A stretch of 64,000 bases of DNA from Mobula hypostoma. Lineage: Eukaryota. The notes under the pieces are model-generated. The model had not been told where the DNA came from. It saw nothing but the letters and a program-made list of their open reading frames with translations, and ran no database searches. A program made the position numbers and the translations under genes. The DNA lies in NCBI RefSeq assembly GCF_963921235.1, contig NC_086104.1, forward strand, positions 3,038,001-3,102,000, written 5' to 3'. Below are positions 38,761 through 51,830 of this stretch, in pieces (the stretch's first letter is position 1; every line of letters begins with the position of its first letter).

Positions 38761-41707
38761 AGAAAGGAGCAGTACTGCTACCAACTGGACCAGGGTGTGG
38801 TGGGAATTTCAGAAGGCCTTTGACAAGATGCCACACATGAGGCTGCTTAACAAGCTACGAGCTCATGGTATTACAGGAAAGATCCTAGCATGGATAAAGC
38901 AGTAGCTGATTTGCAGGGTTAGGGTGAATCTGTGGAATTCTTTGCCACAAGCAGCTCTGGAGAATATCTTTTTGTATCTTTAAGGCAGAGGTTGATAGAT
39001 TCTTGACTGGTCGGGGCATGAAGGGATACAGGGAGAAGGCATTAGACTGGTGTTGAGAGGGAAATGGATTAGCCATGGTTCAGCAGCAGATCAGAATTGA
39101 TGGACCAAATGGCGTAATTCTGCTCCTATATCTGATGATCTTATATCAGAATCCTTAAATCTTATTAAAATGTGTAACATTAGCTAAAGTTATTCTGAAA
39201 AAGCCTTACGGAGAAAGCTACAGGAGGACATCTTGTGTAATCCCTGCTTTGCTGACGTTTGATGGCGCCGGGGTGAAGCCGGTGATTGGTCACCCGTTGC
39301 TATGGGTGGGGCCAACATTTGGGTGCTTGGAGCAGTGATTCATCTTAAATCCCCTCCCATGGGCTCTGTGCCAATGGTGCCGGGTGACTTAGAGAGGGGG
39401 AGCAGAATACATAGATATGGGTTTGATGGGGGAGGCAATGGCAGTCATGGTGTCCTGTCAATCGGAAGCACATGCTGGGCCTGAACAGGGACACCAGTGT
39501 GGCAGAGGAGGCCGTTCAGCCCATCTTTGTTGAATCTGCCACTTGGTAATGTCATGGTGAAGCCCGTTATCCCCATATTTTGTCGGCTCCCTCCAAACTA
39601 TGTTTGTTGTTTCGCATGCTCTTTTCTGCTCCCAATTATAATATCCTCTTGCTTTTGACAATATAGGATCTACATTGTACTTTGTTGACCATTCCTTCAG
39701 GTAAAAGCTGGCTGTAAAACCTTTTATCAGTATGTTTCCCTTAAGTTTACTCCTATATTCGACCCCAGTAGATCGCTGAGCCATCAGGATGACTGCAGAA
39801 ACCCAAGAGTTCTAGTCACCATCACCTTTTCACAGACAATTGAACACAGGTGAATACAGCACAGGGACAAGCCATGCTGTTCACCATGATACCAAACTGA
39901 ACAACTCCTCCCCCCTTTCCAAACCTCCACTTCCTTCCTGTAACGTGATCGCCACCAGAAGCCTAAATGTGGTCAGATCTCAGTGTTTTACCACTGAGGA
40001 GTGGTATCCCTGACCAATGACGGTGATTGCCTTTTTCTTCACCATCCTACCTACATCTCTTGCCACATTCAGGGACCATGATCCATCAAGGTTTTGTACT
40101 TTGCGACGACAAGCCAGGTTAGGATGCGCATGCTCAGCCACTCGGGATTGCGGTAGAACAATGGGAAATGGGAATACTGGTCCATAATTCCTTGAAGGCG
40201 GTGTCACAGCTAGGCAGGGTTGTAAAGAAAGCGTATGGCACATTGACCTTCATAAATCAAAGTACTGAGTACAGGAGTTGGGATGTTATGCTGAAGTTAT
40301 ATTAGACATCGGTGTGGCCTAATTTGGAGTGTTGTGTACCGCTCTGGTCACCTACCCACAGGAAAGATGTCAATAAGATTGATAGAGTGCCGAAAAAATT
40401 TACAAGGTGATGCCAGGCCGGGGACCTGAGTGATAGGGATTGGTTGAATAGATCAGAACTTTATTCCTTGGAGTGTAGGAGAATGAGGGGAGTTTTGATA
40501 GAGGGATAGAAAATTATGAGGGGTATAGATAGGATAAATACATGCAGGCTTTTTCTTCTACTGAATTTACGTGGGACTTGAATTAGGGGTCATTGGTTAA
40601 GGGTGAAAAGTGAAGTGTTTAAGGGGAACATGAAGGGTTACATTTTCACACAGAGGGTGGTGAGAGTGGAAATAGCTGCCAGCAGAAGTGGTGCATATGA
40701 GCTCGATTTCAACATTTAAAGGAAGTTTGCATAAATAAATAGACAGCAGTTTTGGTCATTAAGAAATTAAAATATTGAATGAAACATCAAACTCAAATGG
40801 GTCAAGGACACTGGAAGTAGAAAAAGCAGAAGTCTTTGCTCTTGCCATGTGCTTGAAGAAATGGAGCCCGCCATTTTGTGAAGCCACTCTGTAACTTCCA
40901 TTCTCTGAACTGTTTGATGAACAAATTCTTGCTCTGGATCAGAGCAATTGGACTTCTTCAGAGCAATTGAACATAGACACAAGGAGTTTCTGATGATGAT
41001 CTGCCAAACTTGAATCCATTGTCAGATGAATCGTTATGGTGTGCAATGACAGGTTTGCAGAAGTAATCTTGTTATCTTGGCCCAGTGTCTCTGTGACCGG
41101 TTTGACTGGTTTGAACCAGAGCCAAACAAAAGAAAAAAAGTCACCAGAGGCAGAAAGTTGTGTAGCCCTTGGCTACGTCCAATGGGAATCTAACAGGTCT
41201 GTCAGATGATATTGAAACACAACATTTGAACTGATGAGGAACGGGTATAAGGATGAAGGGCAGTAACTCCAGAGACTACCTATCGCAAAAAAGACCTGGA
41301 GTCAGAGGTTTGGAGAAGAAGGATCAATCATTTGGCCTGTGTCGGTGTTATAAATTGGGGAAGTGGTCTGAGTGAGTATTGGCATAAAGAGAACAGTAGA
41401 ACGCATGTTATAATTTGTTGGTCTGGGGTTAACATAGTTGTTCGTGCAGAGACAAAAAAGTGTGAGCTTCGATTAATTGAGAATTCCACGGTGAATTGCC
41501 TGACTTAGACCAGTTGGTGATAAGTCAACAGCAGGGGAATGGAGGGCTGTGCTCCAGAGTCACTGCACCTAGGCAGAATAACAGCTCAGCATGGACTAGA
41601 TGGGCTGAAGGGCCAGAATGCTCTGTAACTCCCTGGGGTCGTGCACAACTTGGCATTCCAGTATCAAAATCCCATTGTTTAATTAATAAATACACACAGA
41701 ATTTGAT

Positions 41708-41713
41708 TTTATT
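41708..41713 (-). promoter_or_regulatory. Candidate poly(A) signal of the VJ receptor gene
   Basis: AATAAA on the minus strand (+ tttatt) in AT-rich unique sequence, 1.7 kb past the stop codon. Confidence 0.4.
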
Positions 41714-43424
41714 AAGTTAAGATACTTTGACAGTAATATCAATATTTGCAAGCAATCTGCACACAGCTTTTCTTGTCAAAATTAATACTTCGCATTTTTG
41801 TTACACAATACAAATTGAGGGAGTAAACTCGTTTTCTAAAAGCAGAATACATGCCTCATATTACAGCACTAACTGAGCTGAAGAAGTCTCACCCACTTTC
41901 TTATCGCATTGACAAGGTTTTACATTAAAGGAAATTGCAATATCTTGTCACCTATGAACGCAACCTCCCGTTAACCCCCTCCCCACCCCCATGCCCTGTA
42001 ACATGGGGGTTGGCTGTATTTAGATAACAAAATGTTCTGTAAAGTTTGAACATTATATCTATTTTCCTAGGTTCCTTTAAAGTTGTCACAGCTGGTTTGG
42101 GATGGAGGGTGAGGAGGGGGGTAGTGAAGATTAACTCCCACAAGATGCTCCAAATGTCGTGTGTCCCAAATAGCCTCTGGCCAACAAGTCCAGCTTCTCG
42201 TCTTCACCTGTGGCTTAGCGACTGACCCAGTGGAACCATTTCTACTGACAGGAGAAGGGGTAAGGACGTTTACTGCCACCTTAAAACCAATCGCTTCGGG
42301 AAGATGGGGCTTGTCAGCCATAGTTGGCAGTTCATAGAGAAGGATCAGGACACTTAGAAAATGTTTCAGTCCATTCTTTATAGATGTAGGAAGCAGGGTA
42401 AATCTGATCCTGTCTATTCATTGTATTTGGAGTTTCAGAAGCCATTCAATAAGCACAGATACTGCACAATTTTAAAGGATTGTCAGGTAGTGGAGACAGA
42501 CATAAATGGGTCATTTCTGGAGGAAGGAATGTTGGTGTTGAACAAAGCGATTACCCCGTCTGTACCTGTTCTCACTGATGTAGAGGAGGCCCAGGTGCAA
42601 CCACTAATGCTGGAGGAGATGCAATAATGCCCACCTCATAGGGGAAGGGCTGTTTCAGGCCCTGGATGGTGGTGACGGTGGACGTGGAAGTGAAGCCATA
42701 TTTGGAGTTTTGTCTTCAGGTTGGGACTTTATTCATCGCAGCGTAAGAGACTGAGGGGTGTATAAAATCACAAGGGGCAAAGATACTCAATGTGTGGAGT
42801 ACTTTCCCAGAATTAGAAAGTACAGGTTTAAGGTGAGAGGGGAGAGATTTAGTAGGAACCTGAGGGGAAATGTTTCTATCCAGAGAGTGGTCAGTAGATG
42901 AAATGAACTGCAGGGCAAATTGTTGAGGTAGATACATTAATAATATCTTGGACAGGTATATGGATTGGAAAAGTCTGGGTGGATTTGGGCCAAATGTGGG
43001 CAAGTGGGACTAGCTTAGATGGGAATCTTGGTCAACATGGCCTAGATGGGCTGAAGGGCCTGTTTCCATTCTGTGTGACTATGGATTTGGGATGGGGATG
43101 ATATCTCCTGCAGCTGGGAAGAAATGGGTGGGGAGAGATGGGCAGACCAGGAGTTGTAGAGAGAGTGATCCCTGTGGAAAGCAGAAAGGAAATAGAGGAT
43201 CAGCCATAATTGAACGGTGGAATGGACTCGATGGGCCAGATGGCCTAATTCTGCTCCTACGTCTTATGGGTGGGGAGGGGAAGATGTGGTGAGTGTAGGA
43301 TCACGTTGTAGCTGCTGGAAGTTGAGAAGGTGTGACGTTCCGGAGTCCCGTGTGCTGATAGTTACCAGCAAGAAGCACACACATATTTAATAACCTGCGG
43401 CTGCAGAACAATTACTTTTAGACA

Positions 43425-43538
43425 CTAGTCACGTTTGATGACGGCATATTCGGTTGTTTCCTCGGTGACTTTTATTTTTGGAGCTGTCTTCTGCTGGAAG
43501 AACTGAATATCAGCGTAAAATATCTCTGATTCCTCTGA
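43425..43538 (-). CDS. Terminal exon of the VJ receptor, ITIM + ITSM
   Basis: Acceptor ctgtgtttttctgttccag|TCA, phase 0. Reads SEESEIFYADIQFFQQKTAPKIKVTEETTEYAVIKRD*, containing IxYxxI (ITIM-type) and TxYxxI (ITSM). Confidence 0.88.
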   Translation of the reverse strand, partial: SEESEIFYADIQFFQQKTAPKIKVTEETTEYAVIKRD

Positions 43539-45522
43539 CTGGAACAGAAAAACACAGACGTTTACAGTACTGAAACAAACCACTCACCTCCTGGTTTATA
43601 TCTGACCCATCCCCACAGGACATTGACACCAGAGATACTGATGATGCAGTTAGTTTGAAGCAACACACACACACAATCCTGGAGGAATTCAGTAGATTAG
43701 GCAGCATCTAGAGAGGGGAATAAACTGGGAAGGAAGAGGGCAGAAGCCAGAATAAAAAGGGTAGAAGGGAGATGGAGGATCACAAGATGACAGGTGACAG
43801 GTGAGTCCAGGTAAGAGGGGAGGGTGAGAGAGGTGGAGGTGGGGTTAAGGGATGATGTGAGAAGCTGGGAAGTGATAGGTGGAAGGGGCAAGGGCCTGAA
43901 GAAGAAGGAATCTGATAGGAAAGGACAGTAGACTGTGAATAAAGGCTGGGGAACTGGAGGGAGAAGGTGTAGGTGATGGGCAGATTATGATGCAATTCAC
44001 TTCCAATTCTCTTTGTTCTATTAGGGCTTAATAAAACAATCTCGAAGCAACAGGTTTTGGGATTCTTTAAAACATTGAAATCCGACACCTCTCTTTCATC
44101 TCGTACAGTCATTGAGTCGTACAGCAGGGAAATACGGCCATGCTGATCTTTTCCCATCGACTGAATTCCATTTGTCCCCATTTGTTCCATATCCCTCTCT
44201 GCCGTATCTATTTGAGTGTGTTTAAATGTCTCTAAAACTTACTGATTGTATCTGACTCCAAAACCATCTCAGGCAGAGATTTGTAGATATTAACCAGATT
44301 TCTAAGTGTGCTAAGTGCTCACATCTCAGTTAAAGCTCCTTCCTCTCATATTAAACCCATGCACTTTTGCTTCTGAAGCCATTAGCATGGGACAGGAAAG
44401 ATTCTGACATTTTATGTTATCCAAAATCGCAATAATCCTTCCAGCACCAGTCTCTGTGGTACATCACTGACCAACCTGCCACCTCGAATAAGTAAAGCAT
44501 CTCCCACCACAACCCTCTGTCTCCCATCACCAAGCCAATGTTGGATCCAACTGGGATGTTTGCTTTGCATTCCATTTGCCTTCACTTTCTGGTCCAGTCT
44601 TTCGTTCAGGACCTTTCCAAATGCCTTGCTAATGTCCATAGTAAATTGCAGGGTGTGTTGTAGAACAGAAAGACCTAGGGGTACAAGTACACAGATCCCT
44701 GAAGGTGGTGACTCAGGTAGATACAGTGGTGAAGAAGGCTTTGGGACACCTGCCTTATTGGTCAGTACAGTGAGTGTTTGAGTTGGACCTTCACAGTTGC
44801 TTGGTATAATTGGGAAGTACTGATGAGGCCAAAGGTCAAAGTTGGTGAGTCAAAAGTTCAAAGTTCAAGGTAAATTTATTACTAAAGTACATTTATGTCA
44901 CCATATACAACCCTGAGATTCATTTACTTAAGGGTATTCACAGAAAATGACCTCTGGTTGTCATCCACACAACATCAGTGAAAAAAGCCTGCTTGCAATT
45001 GCCCTATCTATGCCTCCTCCCTGACGGGTGTGGAACAGTCCATGAGCAGGGTGGGTGGGATCCTTCACGATGTTACTGGCCCTGTTCCAGCACCTTTCTG
45101 TATCTATGTCCTTGATGGAGGGTAGCTGGTGCTGGTGACGTGTTGGACAGTTTGGACTGCCTGTTGGAGATTGTTCCTGTCCGCAGCAGAGCAGTTTCTG
45201 TACCGTGCAGTGATGCAGTTTGGTAGGACGCCCCCTACTGTACATCTGTAGAATGACGTGAGTATGGATGTGCAAAGTCCAGCCCTCTTCAGCCCCCTCA
45301 GAAAGTAGAGGTGAAATAGGCGAGTAGAGGAGAGTAGAAATAGTCTTATAACAGCGGGGTAGAAGGGCCTGTTCCTACTGCTAATTCAAATTAGTGTCCA
45401 AATAAAGATTTAAAGAGGAAGTAATGGTGTTTATCAAACAGACTTTCAATACCTGATTTATTAGGAAGTAAAAGTGTTCATGGAAAACATTCCTCAATGT
45501 TATATTGAGGAAGGTTACTTAC

Positions 45523-45566
45523 CGCAGTAACATTTGTGGCTGCCTGTGTATTCACCTCGGTTTCAG
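45523..45566 (-). CDS. Cytoplasmic exon 2 of the VJ receptor
   Basis: Acceptor ttctcattttatttcag|CT and donor GCG|gtaagt; 44 nt, phase 1->0. Reads AETEVNTQAATNVTA and bridges the neighbouring exon phases. Confidence 0.78.
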
Positions 45567-45789
45567 CTGAAATAAAATGAGAATTTGTTTGAGAGTTGCA
45601 ACACAAGAATGATAATTGAACTGAAATCACATTGTGATGAATGGTCTTCAATTCACCCTTATCAGGTGCATTCAGACAGGGACAGCAAACTGCAGAACAT
45701 GCCCATGTGAAGCATTTCCCATCGGAGCCTCCACAGGGGCATGGCAAGCAAGACTCACACGTGACTCAAAGGCCAGAGTCTTCTGATCT

Positions 45790-46860
45790 CCCTTATCAAG
45801 TGCGTTCAGAGATCAGAGCAGAATTAGGCCATTCAGCCCATCAAGTTCGCTTTGCCATTCCATCATGGCTGATTTATTATCCATCTCAACTCAACCCCAT
45901 TCTCCTGCCTTCTACCTGTAACCTTTGACGCCCTTACTAATCAAGAACATCACAACTCTGCTTTAAATATACACAATGATGGCCTCCACAGAGATCTGTA
46001 GCAACGAATTCCACAGATTATTCACCATCTTGCTAAAGAAATTCCTCCTCATGTCTGTTCTAAAGGGACGTCTCCCTATTTTGAGAGTGTGCCCTCTGGT
46101 CCTAGACTCCCCCCACCCCAATCTAGGAAAACATCCATTTTGCCTAGGCCTTTCAATATTTGATAGGTTTCACTGAGATCCTCCCTTCTTCTGAACTCCA
46201 GTAAGTACAAGCCCAGAGCTACCAAACACTCCTCATTCGTTATCCCTTTCATGTCTGGAATCATTCTCGTGAACCTCCTCTGGGCTCTCTCCCATGCCAG
46301 CACCTCCGTTTTTAGGTAAAGGGTACAGATCTGCTCACGGTGCTCCAAATATGATCAGACCAATGCCTTATAAAGCCTCAACATTATATCCTTGCTTTTA
46401 TCTCCTAGTTGCCTTGACATGAATGCTAACATTGCATTTGCCTTCCTCACCACTGACTCAAGCTGCAATTTAACCTTTAGGGAATTCTGCACGAGGACTC
46501 CCAAGTCCCTTTGCACCTCTGATTTATGAATTTTCTCCCTATTTAGAAAAGGTCTCCACTTTTATTTCTTCTACAATTCCATCTGCCACTCCTTTGCCAT
46601 TCTCCTAATCTACGGAAGTCCTTCTGCAGGGTCCCTGCTTCCTCAATGCTACCTGCCCCTCAACTTATCCTTGTACCATCTGCAACGATGGCCACAAAAG
46701 CACCAATTCCATCATCCAAATCATTGACATAAGTGAAAAAAGCAGCCTCAATACTGTAGAACACCACTAGCCCTTTATCCTCACTCTGCCTCCAGCCAGT
46801 CAGCCAATGCTCTACCCACGTCCGTATCTGTCCTGTAAGACCACGGGCTCTCATCTTGTT
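45790..46860 (-). mobile_element. Decayed CR1 3' fragment
   Basis: LERAQRRFTRMIP-like and VADGT remnants. Confidence 0.75.
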
Positions 46861-47748
46861 TGGCTCGTGTGCAACACCTTGCAGGCTAATGCTTCAATGC
46901 AAAGCTGCTTTCAGCTGGCTATTCCATAAACTTTTCAACTGGGAGTAAAGGATTAATCAAAGAACTTACTGTATGTTCTTTAGTTTACTCATGATCACAG
47001 GTCTGAGTTCAACCAAGGTCAAGTGGATGAAAATTTGAAAGTCCTTGCTCATGCGTTCTTTTAGAACGGAGATGAGGAGATATTTCTACAGCCAGAGAGT
47101 GGTGAATCTGTGGAATCCGTTGCCACGGGCGGCTGTGGATGCCAAGTTTTATGTATATTTAAGGCAGACATTGAAAGGTTCTTGATTCGTCAGTGTATGT
47201 TTGCTTCTGTATCTTATGATCTTATGTTATTGGTCTTGGTAAAATTTTGCTATTAATTTTGCACTAATAGTAACCAACCTTAGAGAATGTGCATGAATTG
47301 AGACTTTTTTAAAGCCAACTCAAGACTGATGATACGCCAGTCAGTGTCAGTGCCCTGTAGCCAGCTGTCCTCTGATTTGATGCAGATGTTGAGTGCTTAA
47401 ATTTTGATTGTTTCGATACAGGATCTGATTGGAATTGAAACCTTAATAGAGTAGAGGTTTTTGCTCCATTTCAATCTCTTGTTATGATCTGACTGTCAGT
47501 AAGTTAGGATAAAGTTATAATGAATTTTCTTTCATGTGGCTTGTGAATCTTTATCCTTCTCTATTTCAGAGGATGAGGAATGTTTATTTGTCTGCATATA
47601 TTGAAGAGAAGTGAAAAGGCAGGACTGGAGTTGCCGTTGAGGATGATGAAACAGTTGATTACTCCCTTGTCCTGCATTGGGGATCATTGTTGAACATAAC
47701 TGTCATGTGAAGTAATTCCCAATATGATCACTGAAATGAACTTTTTAC

Positions 47749-47792
47749 CTGCAACTGTGGCATACACTGTGTTCAAATCTTCAGTAGAGCAC
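47749..47792 (-). CDS. Cytoplasmic exon 1 of the VJ receptor (ITSM-like TVYATV)
   Basis: Acceptor tcttcactatttacccag|G and donor GCAG|gtaaaa; 44 nt, phase 2->1. Reads CSTEDLNTVYATVA; the other two frames contain stops. Confidence 0.8.
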
Positions 47793-47829
47793 CTGGGTAA
47801 ATAGTGAAGATAATGTTAGTGAATTAGTT

Positions 47830-50800
47830 ATATGGAACATAGAACATAGAAATCTATAGCACATTACAGGCCCTTCAGCCCACAATGTTGTGCCAACTAT
47901 GTAACCTACGCTAGAAACTGCCTAGAATTACCCTACCACATAGCCCTCTATTTTTCTAAGCTCCATGTCCCTATCTAAGAGTCTCTTAAAAGACCCTATT
48001 GTATCCGCCTCTACAAGCATCGTTAGCAGAGCATTCCATGCACCCACCACTGTCTGTGTGAAAAACGTACCTCTGATATCCCCCTTGTACCTATTTCCAA
48101 ACACCTTAAAACTAAAAGCCATGAGGAGGTACTTGGTGTCCCTATCCCAGACCCTTCCACACCTTCGGGACACTTTCTTCGCCGTCTGTAATGGTCCTAC
48201 CCGTTATTTCATCCTCCGTCGGATCCACGCCTGCATCGCCGTTTTTTTGACTTTGTCATGTTAGGCAAAGATCGCAAGATCTTACATCTACGGACTGCAG
48301 AGCCTGCCGGCCCTGACGCTAGCAGGCATGAACTTTCAATTGCGGTCCTGGCCATTGATCTCGGCGGCTCCAACACTTCAGGACATATTCAAAACCCGGA
48401 CTCCAGCAACGACCATGGAGACATTCAAAGCGATCGCACAACCACCAACTGCGACTCCAGCCTTGAACTCCAGGCCGGGTCTTTATGTGCTGCTGTTGTG
48501 ACTCCCGTCTCCCCTTCCCCCACCACCACTCCGCAGCCCCGTCTTCCTCAGATCCCACCGTCAGCTCCTGGGCCCTCAGAGGCTCCATCTTCCTCTCACC
48601 CCAACCCTCCCCTCTCCATTGACACCCCCAGCCTCCCCCCTCCCCCCTCTGATCCCAGCTCTCATCTGTGCCGGGTCTTTACCATCCCCTCCGACCTTCA
48701 ACTGTCGGAGGCAGAACGCTCTGTCCTCAGTAAGGGCCTCACGTTTGTCCCCCTTCGCCCACACCTCAGCGAGTTCCGTGTTCGCCACGATGCGGAACTT
48801 TTCTTCCGCCGTCTCCGTCTCCGAGCCTACTTCTTCGGCAAGGACTCTTCCACCCCCACCGATGACCCCTTCTCCCATCTTCAACCCTCCTCTTCTTCAT
48901 GGACACCCCGCTCTGGTCTTCTGCCTGCTCTGGATCTCTTTACTGCCAACTGCCGACGGGACATCAACCGTCTCGACTTCACCGCACCTTGTCCCCATTC
49001 CAACCTCACTCCTTCCGAACGCTCTGCTCTCCACTCCCTCCGCACTAATCCTAACCTTATTATTAAACCCGCTGATAAGGGGGGTGCTGTTGTAGTCTGG
49101 CGTACTGACCTCTACCTTGCCGAGGCACAGCGACAACTCGCGGATACCTCCTCTTATTTACCCCTCGATCGTGACCCCACTAAGGAGCACCAGGCCATTG
49201 TCTCCCACACTATCAACGACTTTATCCGCTCAGGGGATCTCCCATCCACTGCTACCAACCTTATAGTTCCCACACCCCGCACTTCCCGTTTCTACCTCCT
49301 ACCCAAGATCCACAAACCTGCCTGTCCTGGCCGACCTATTGTCTCAGCTTGCTCCTGCCCCACCGAACTCGTTTCTGCATACCTCGACACTGTTTTATCA
49401 CCCCTTGTTCAATCCCTTCCGACCTATGTTCGTGACACTTCTCACGCTCTTAAACTTTTCGATGATTTTAAGTTCCCTGGCCCCCACCGCTTTATTTTCA
49501 CCATGGATGTCCAGTCCTTATATACTTCCATCCCCCATCAGGAAGGTCTCAAAGCTCTACGCTTCTTTTTGGATTCCAGACCTAATCAGTTCCCCTCTAC
49601 CACCACTCTGCTCCGTCTAGCGGAATTAGTCCTTACTCTTAATAATTTCTCCTTTTGCTCCTCCCATTTCCTCCAAACTAAAGGTGTAGCTATGGGCACC
49701 CGTATGGGTCCTAGCTATGCCTGCCTTTTTTGTTGGGTTTGTGGAACAATCTATGTTCCGTGCCTATTCTGGTATCTGTCCCCCACTTTTCCTTCGCTAT
49801 ATCGACGACTGCATTGGCGCTGCTTCCTGCACGCATGCAGAACTCGTTGACTTTATTAACTTTGCCTCCAACTTTCACCCTGCCCTCAAGTTTACCTGGT
49901 CTATTTCCGACACCTCCCTCCCCTTTCTAGATCTTTCTGTCTCTGTCTCTGGAGACAGCTTATCCACTGATATCTATTATAAGCCTACTGACTCTCACAG
50001 CTATCTGGACTATTCCTCTTCTCACCCTGTCTCTTGCAAAAACGCCATCCCCTTCTCGCAATTCCTCCGTCTCCGCCGCATCTGCTCTCAGGATGAGGCT
50101 TTTCATTCTAGGACGAGGGAGATGTCTTCATTTTTTAAAGAAAGGGGCTTCCCTTCCTCCACTATCAACTCTGCTCTTAAACGCATCTCCTCCATTTCAC
50201 GTACATCTGCTCTCACTCCATCCTCCCACCACCCCACTAGGAATAGGGTTCCCCTGGTCCTCACCTACCACCCCACCAGCCTCCGGGTCCAACATATTAT
50301 TCTCCGTAACTTCCGCCACCTCCAACGGGATCCCACCACTAAGCACATCTTTCCCTCCCCCCCTCTCTCTGCATTCCGCAGGGATCGCTCCCTACACAAC
50401 TCCCTTGTCCATTCGTCCCCCCCATCCCTCCCCACTGATCTCCCTCCTGGCACTTATCCGTGTAAGCGGAACAAGTGCTACACATGCCCTTACACTTCCT
50501 CCCTTACCACCATTCAGGGCCCCAAACAGTCCTTCCAGGTGAGGCATCACTTCACCTGTGAGTCGACTGGGGTGATATACTGCATCCGGTGCTCCCGATG
50601 TGGCCTTTTATATATTGGTGAGACCCGACGCAGACTGGGAGACCGCTTTGCTGAACATCTACGCTCTGTCCGCCAGAGAAAGCAGGATCTCCCAGTGGCC
50701 ACACATTTTAATTCCACATCCCATTCCCATTCTGACATGTCTATCCACGGCCTCCTCTACTGTAAAGATGAAGCCACACTCAGGTTGGAGGAACAACACC

Positions 50801-51830
50801 TTATATTCCGTCTGGGTAGCCTCCAACCTGATGGCATGAACATTGACTTCTCTAACTTCCGCTAGGCCCCACCTCCCCCTCGTACCCCATCTGTTATTTA
50901 TTTATATAAACACATTCTTTCTCTCACTCTCCTTTTTCTCCCTCTGTCCCTCTGAATATACCTCTTGCCCATCCTCTGGGTCACCCCCCCCCGTCTTTCT
51001 CCCTAGGCCTCCTGTCCCATGATCCTCTCGTATCCCCTTTTGCCTATCACCTGTCCAGCTCTTGGCTCCATCCCTCCCCCTCCTGTCTTCTCCTATCATT
51101 TTGCATCTCCCCCTCCCCCTCCAGCTTTCAAATCCCTTACTCACTCTTCCTTCAGTTAGTCCTGACGAAGGGTCTCGGCCTGAAACGTCGACTGCGTCTC
51201 TTCCCATAGATACTGCTTGGCCTGCTGCGTTCACCAGCAACTTTGATGTATGTTGCTTGAATTTCCAGCATCTGCAGAATTCCTGTTGTTTACCTTAAAA
51301 CTATACCCCGTTTCAGCCCTGCAAAAAGCCTCTGGCTACCCACACGATCATTGCCTCTTATCATCTTATACACCTCTATCAGTTACTTCTCATCCTCCGT
51401 CGCTCCAAGGAGAAAAAGCTAAGTTCTCATAAGACGTGTATATTCTCATAAGACATGTTCCCCAATCCAGGCAACACCCTTGTAAATCTCCTCTGCACTC
51501 TCTCTATAGTATACACATCCTTCCTGTAGTGAGGCGACCAGAACTGAACACAGTACTCCAAGTGGGGTCTGACCAAGGTCTTATATAACTGTAACATTAC
51601 CTCACGGCTCTTGAACTCAATCCCACGGTTGATGAAGGCCAGCACACCATACGCCTTCTTAACAACACTGTCAAACTGCACAGCTGCTTTGAGTGCCATA
51701 TGGACACGGACCCCACGATCTCTCAGATCCTCCACAATGCCAAGAGTCTTACCATTTATATTATATTCTGTCTTCAAAATTGATCTACCAAAATGAACCA
51801 CTTCATACTTATCTGGGTTGAACTCCATTT
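47830..51830 (-). mobile_element. CR1 3' fragment hosting the Penelope insertion
   Basis: CR1 tail at 47830-48114 and RT C-terminus at 51292-51830; the two parts are contiguous across the TSD. Confidence 0.88.
48115..51291 (+). mobile_element. Near-intact Penelope-like retroelement (RT + GIY-YIG endonuclease)
   Basis: KPADKGGAVV, FTMDVQSLYTSIPH, GVAMGTRMGPSY, FLRYIDD and VIYCIRCSRCGLLYIGETRRRLGDRFAEH; one +1 T at about 49730; 12-bp TSD ACCTTAAAACTA (48103-48114 / 51292-51303). Confidence 0.96.

Noticed and set aside
40958-41105. Minus-strand DYFCK...PCVYVQLL* segment after a pyrimidine tract
   Set aside because: It lies beyond the stop exon and candidate poly(A) signal, and an in-frame TAA precedes the motif.
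43540-43588. gtgagt donor just upstream of the terminal receptor exon
   Set aside because: It would define a 49-nt intron, too short for a vertebrate.
46970-47002. Minus-strand 33-nt exon candidate with a gtaagt donor between cytoplasmic exons 1 and 2
   Set aside because: In the required phase 1 it reads D-L-stop; at most a poison exon, with no other support.
47326-47735. TGATGA...CTGA pairs as C/D snoRNAs
   Set aside because: No recognisable antisense element or terminal stem; such motifs are common by chance.
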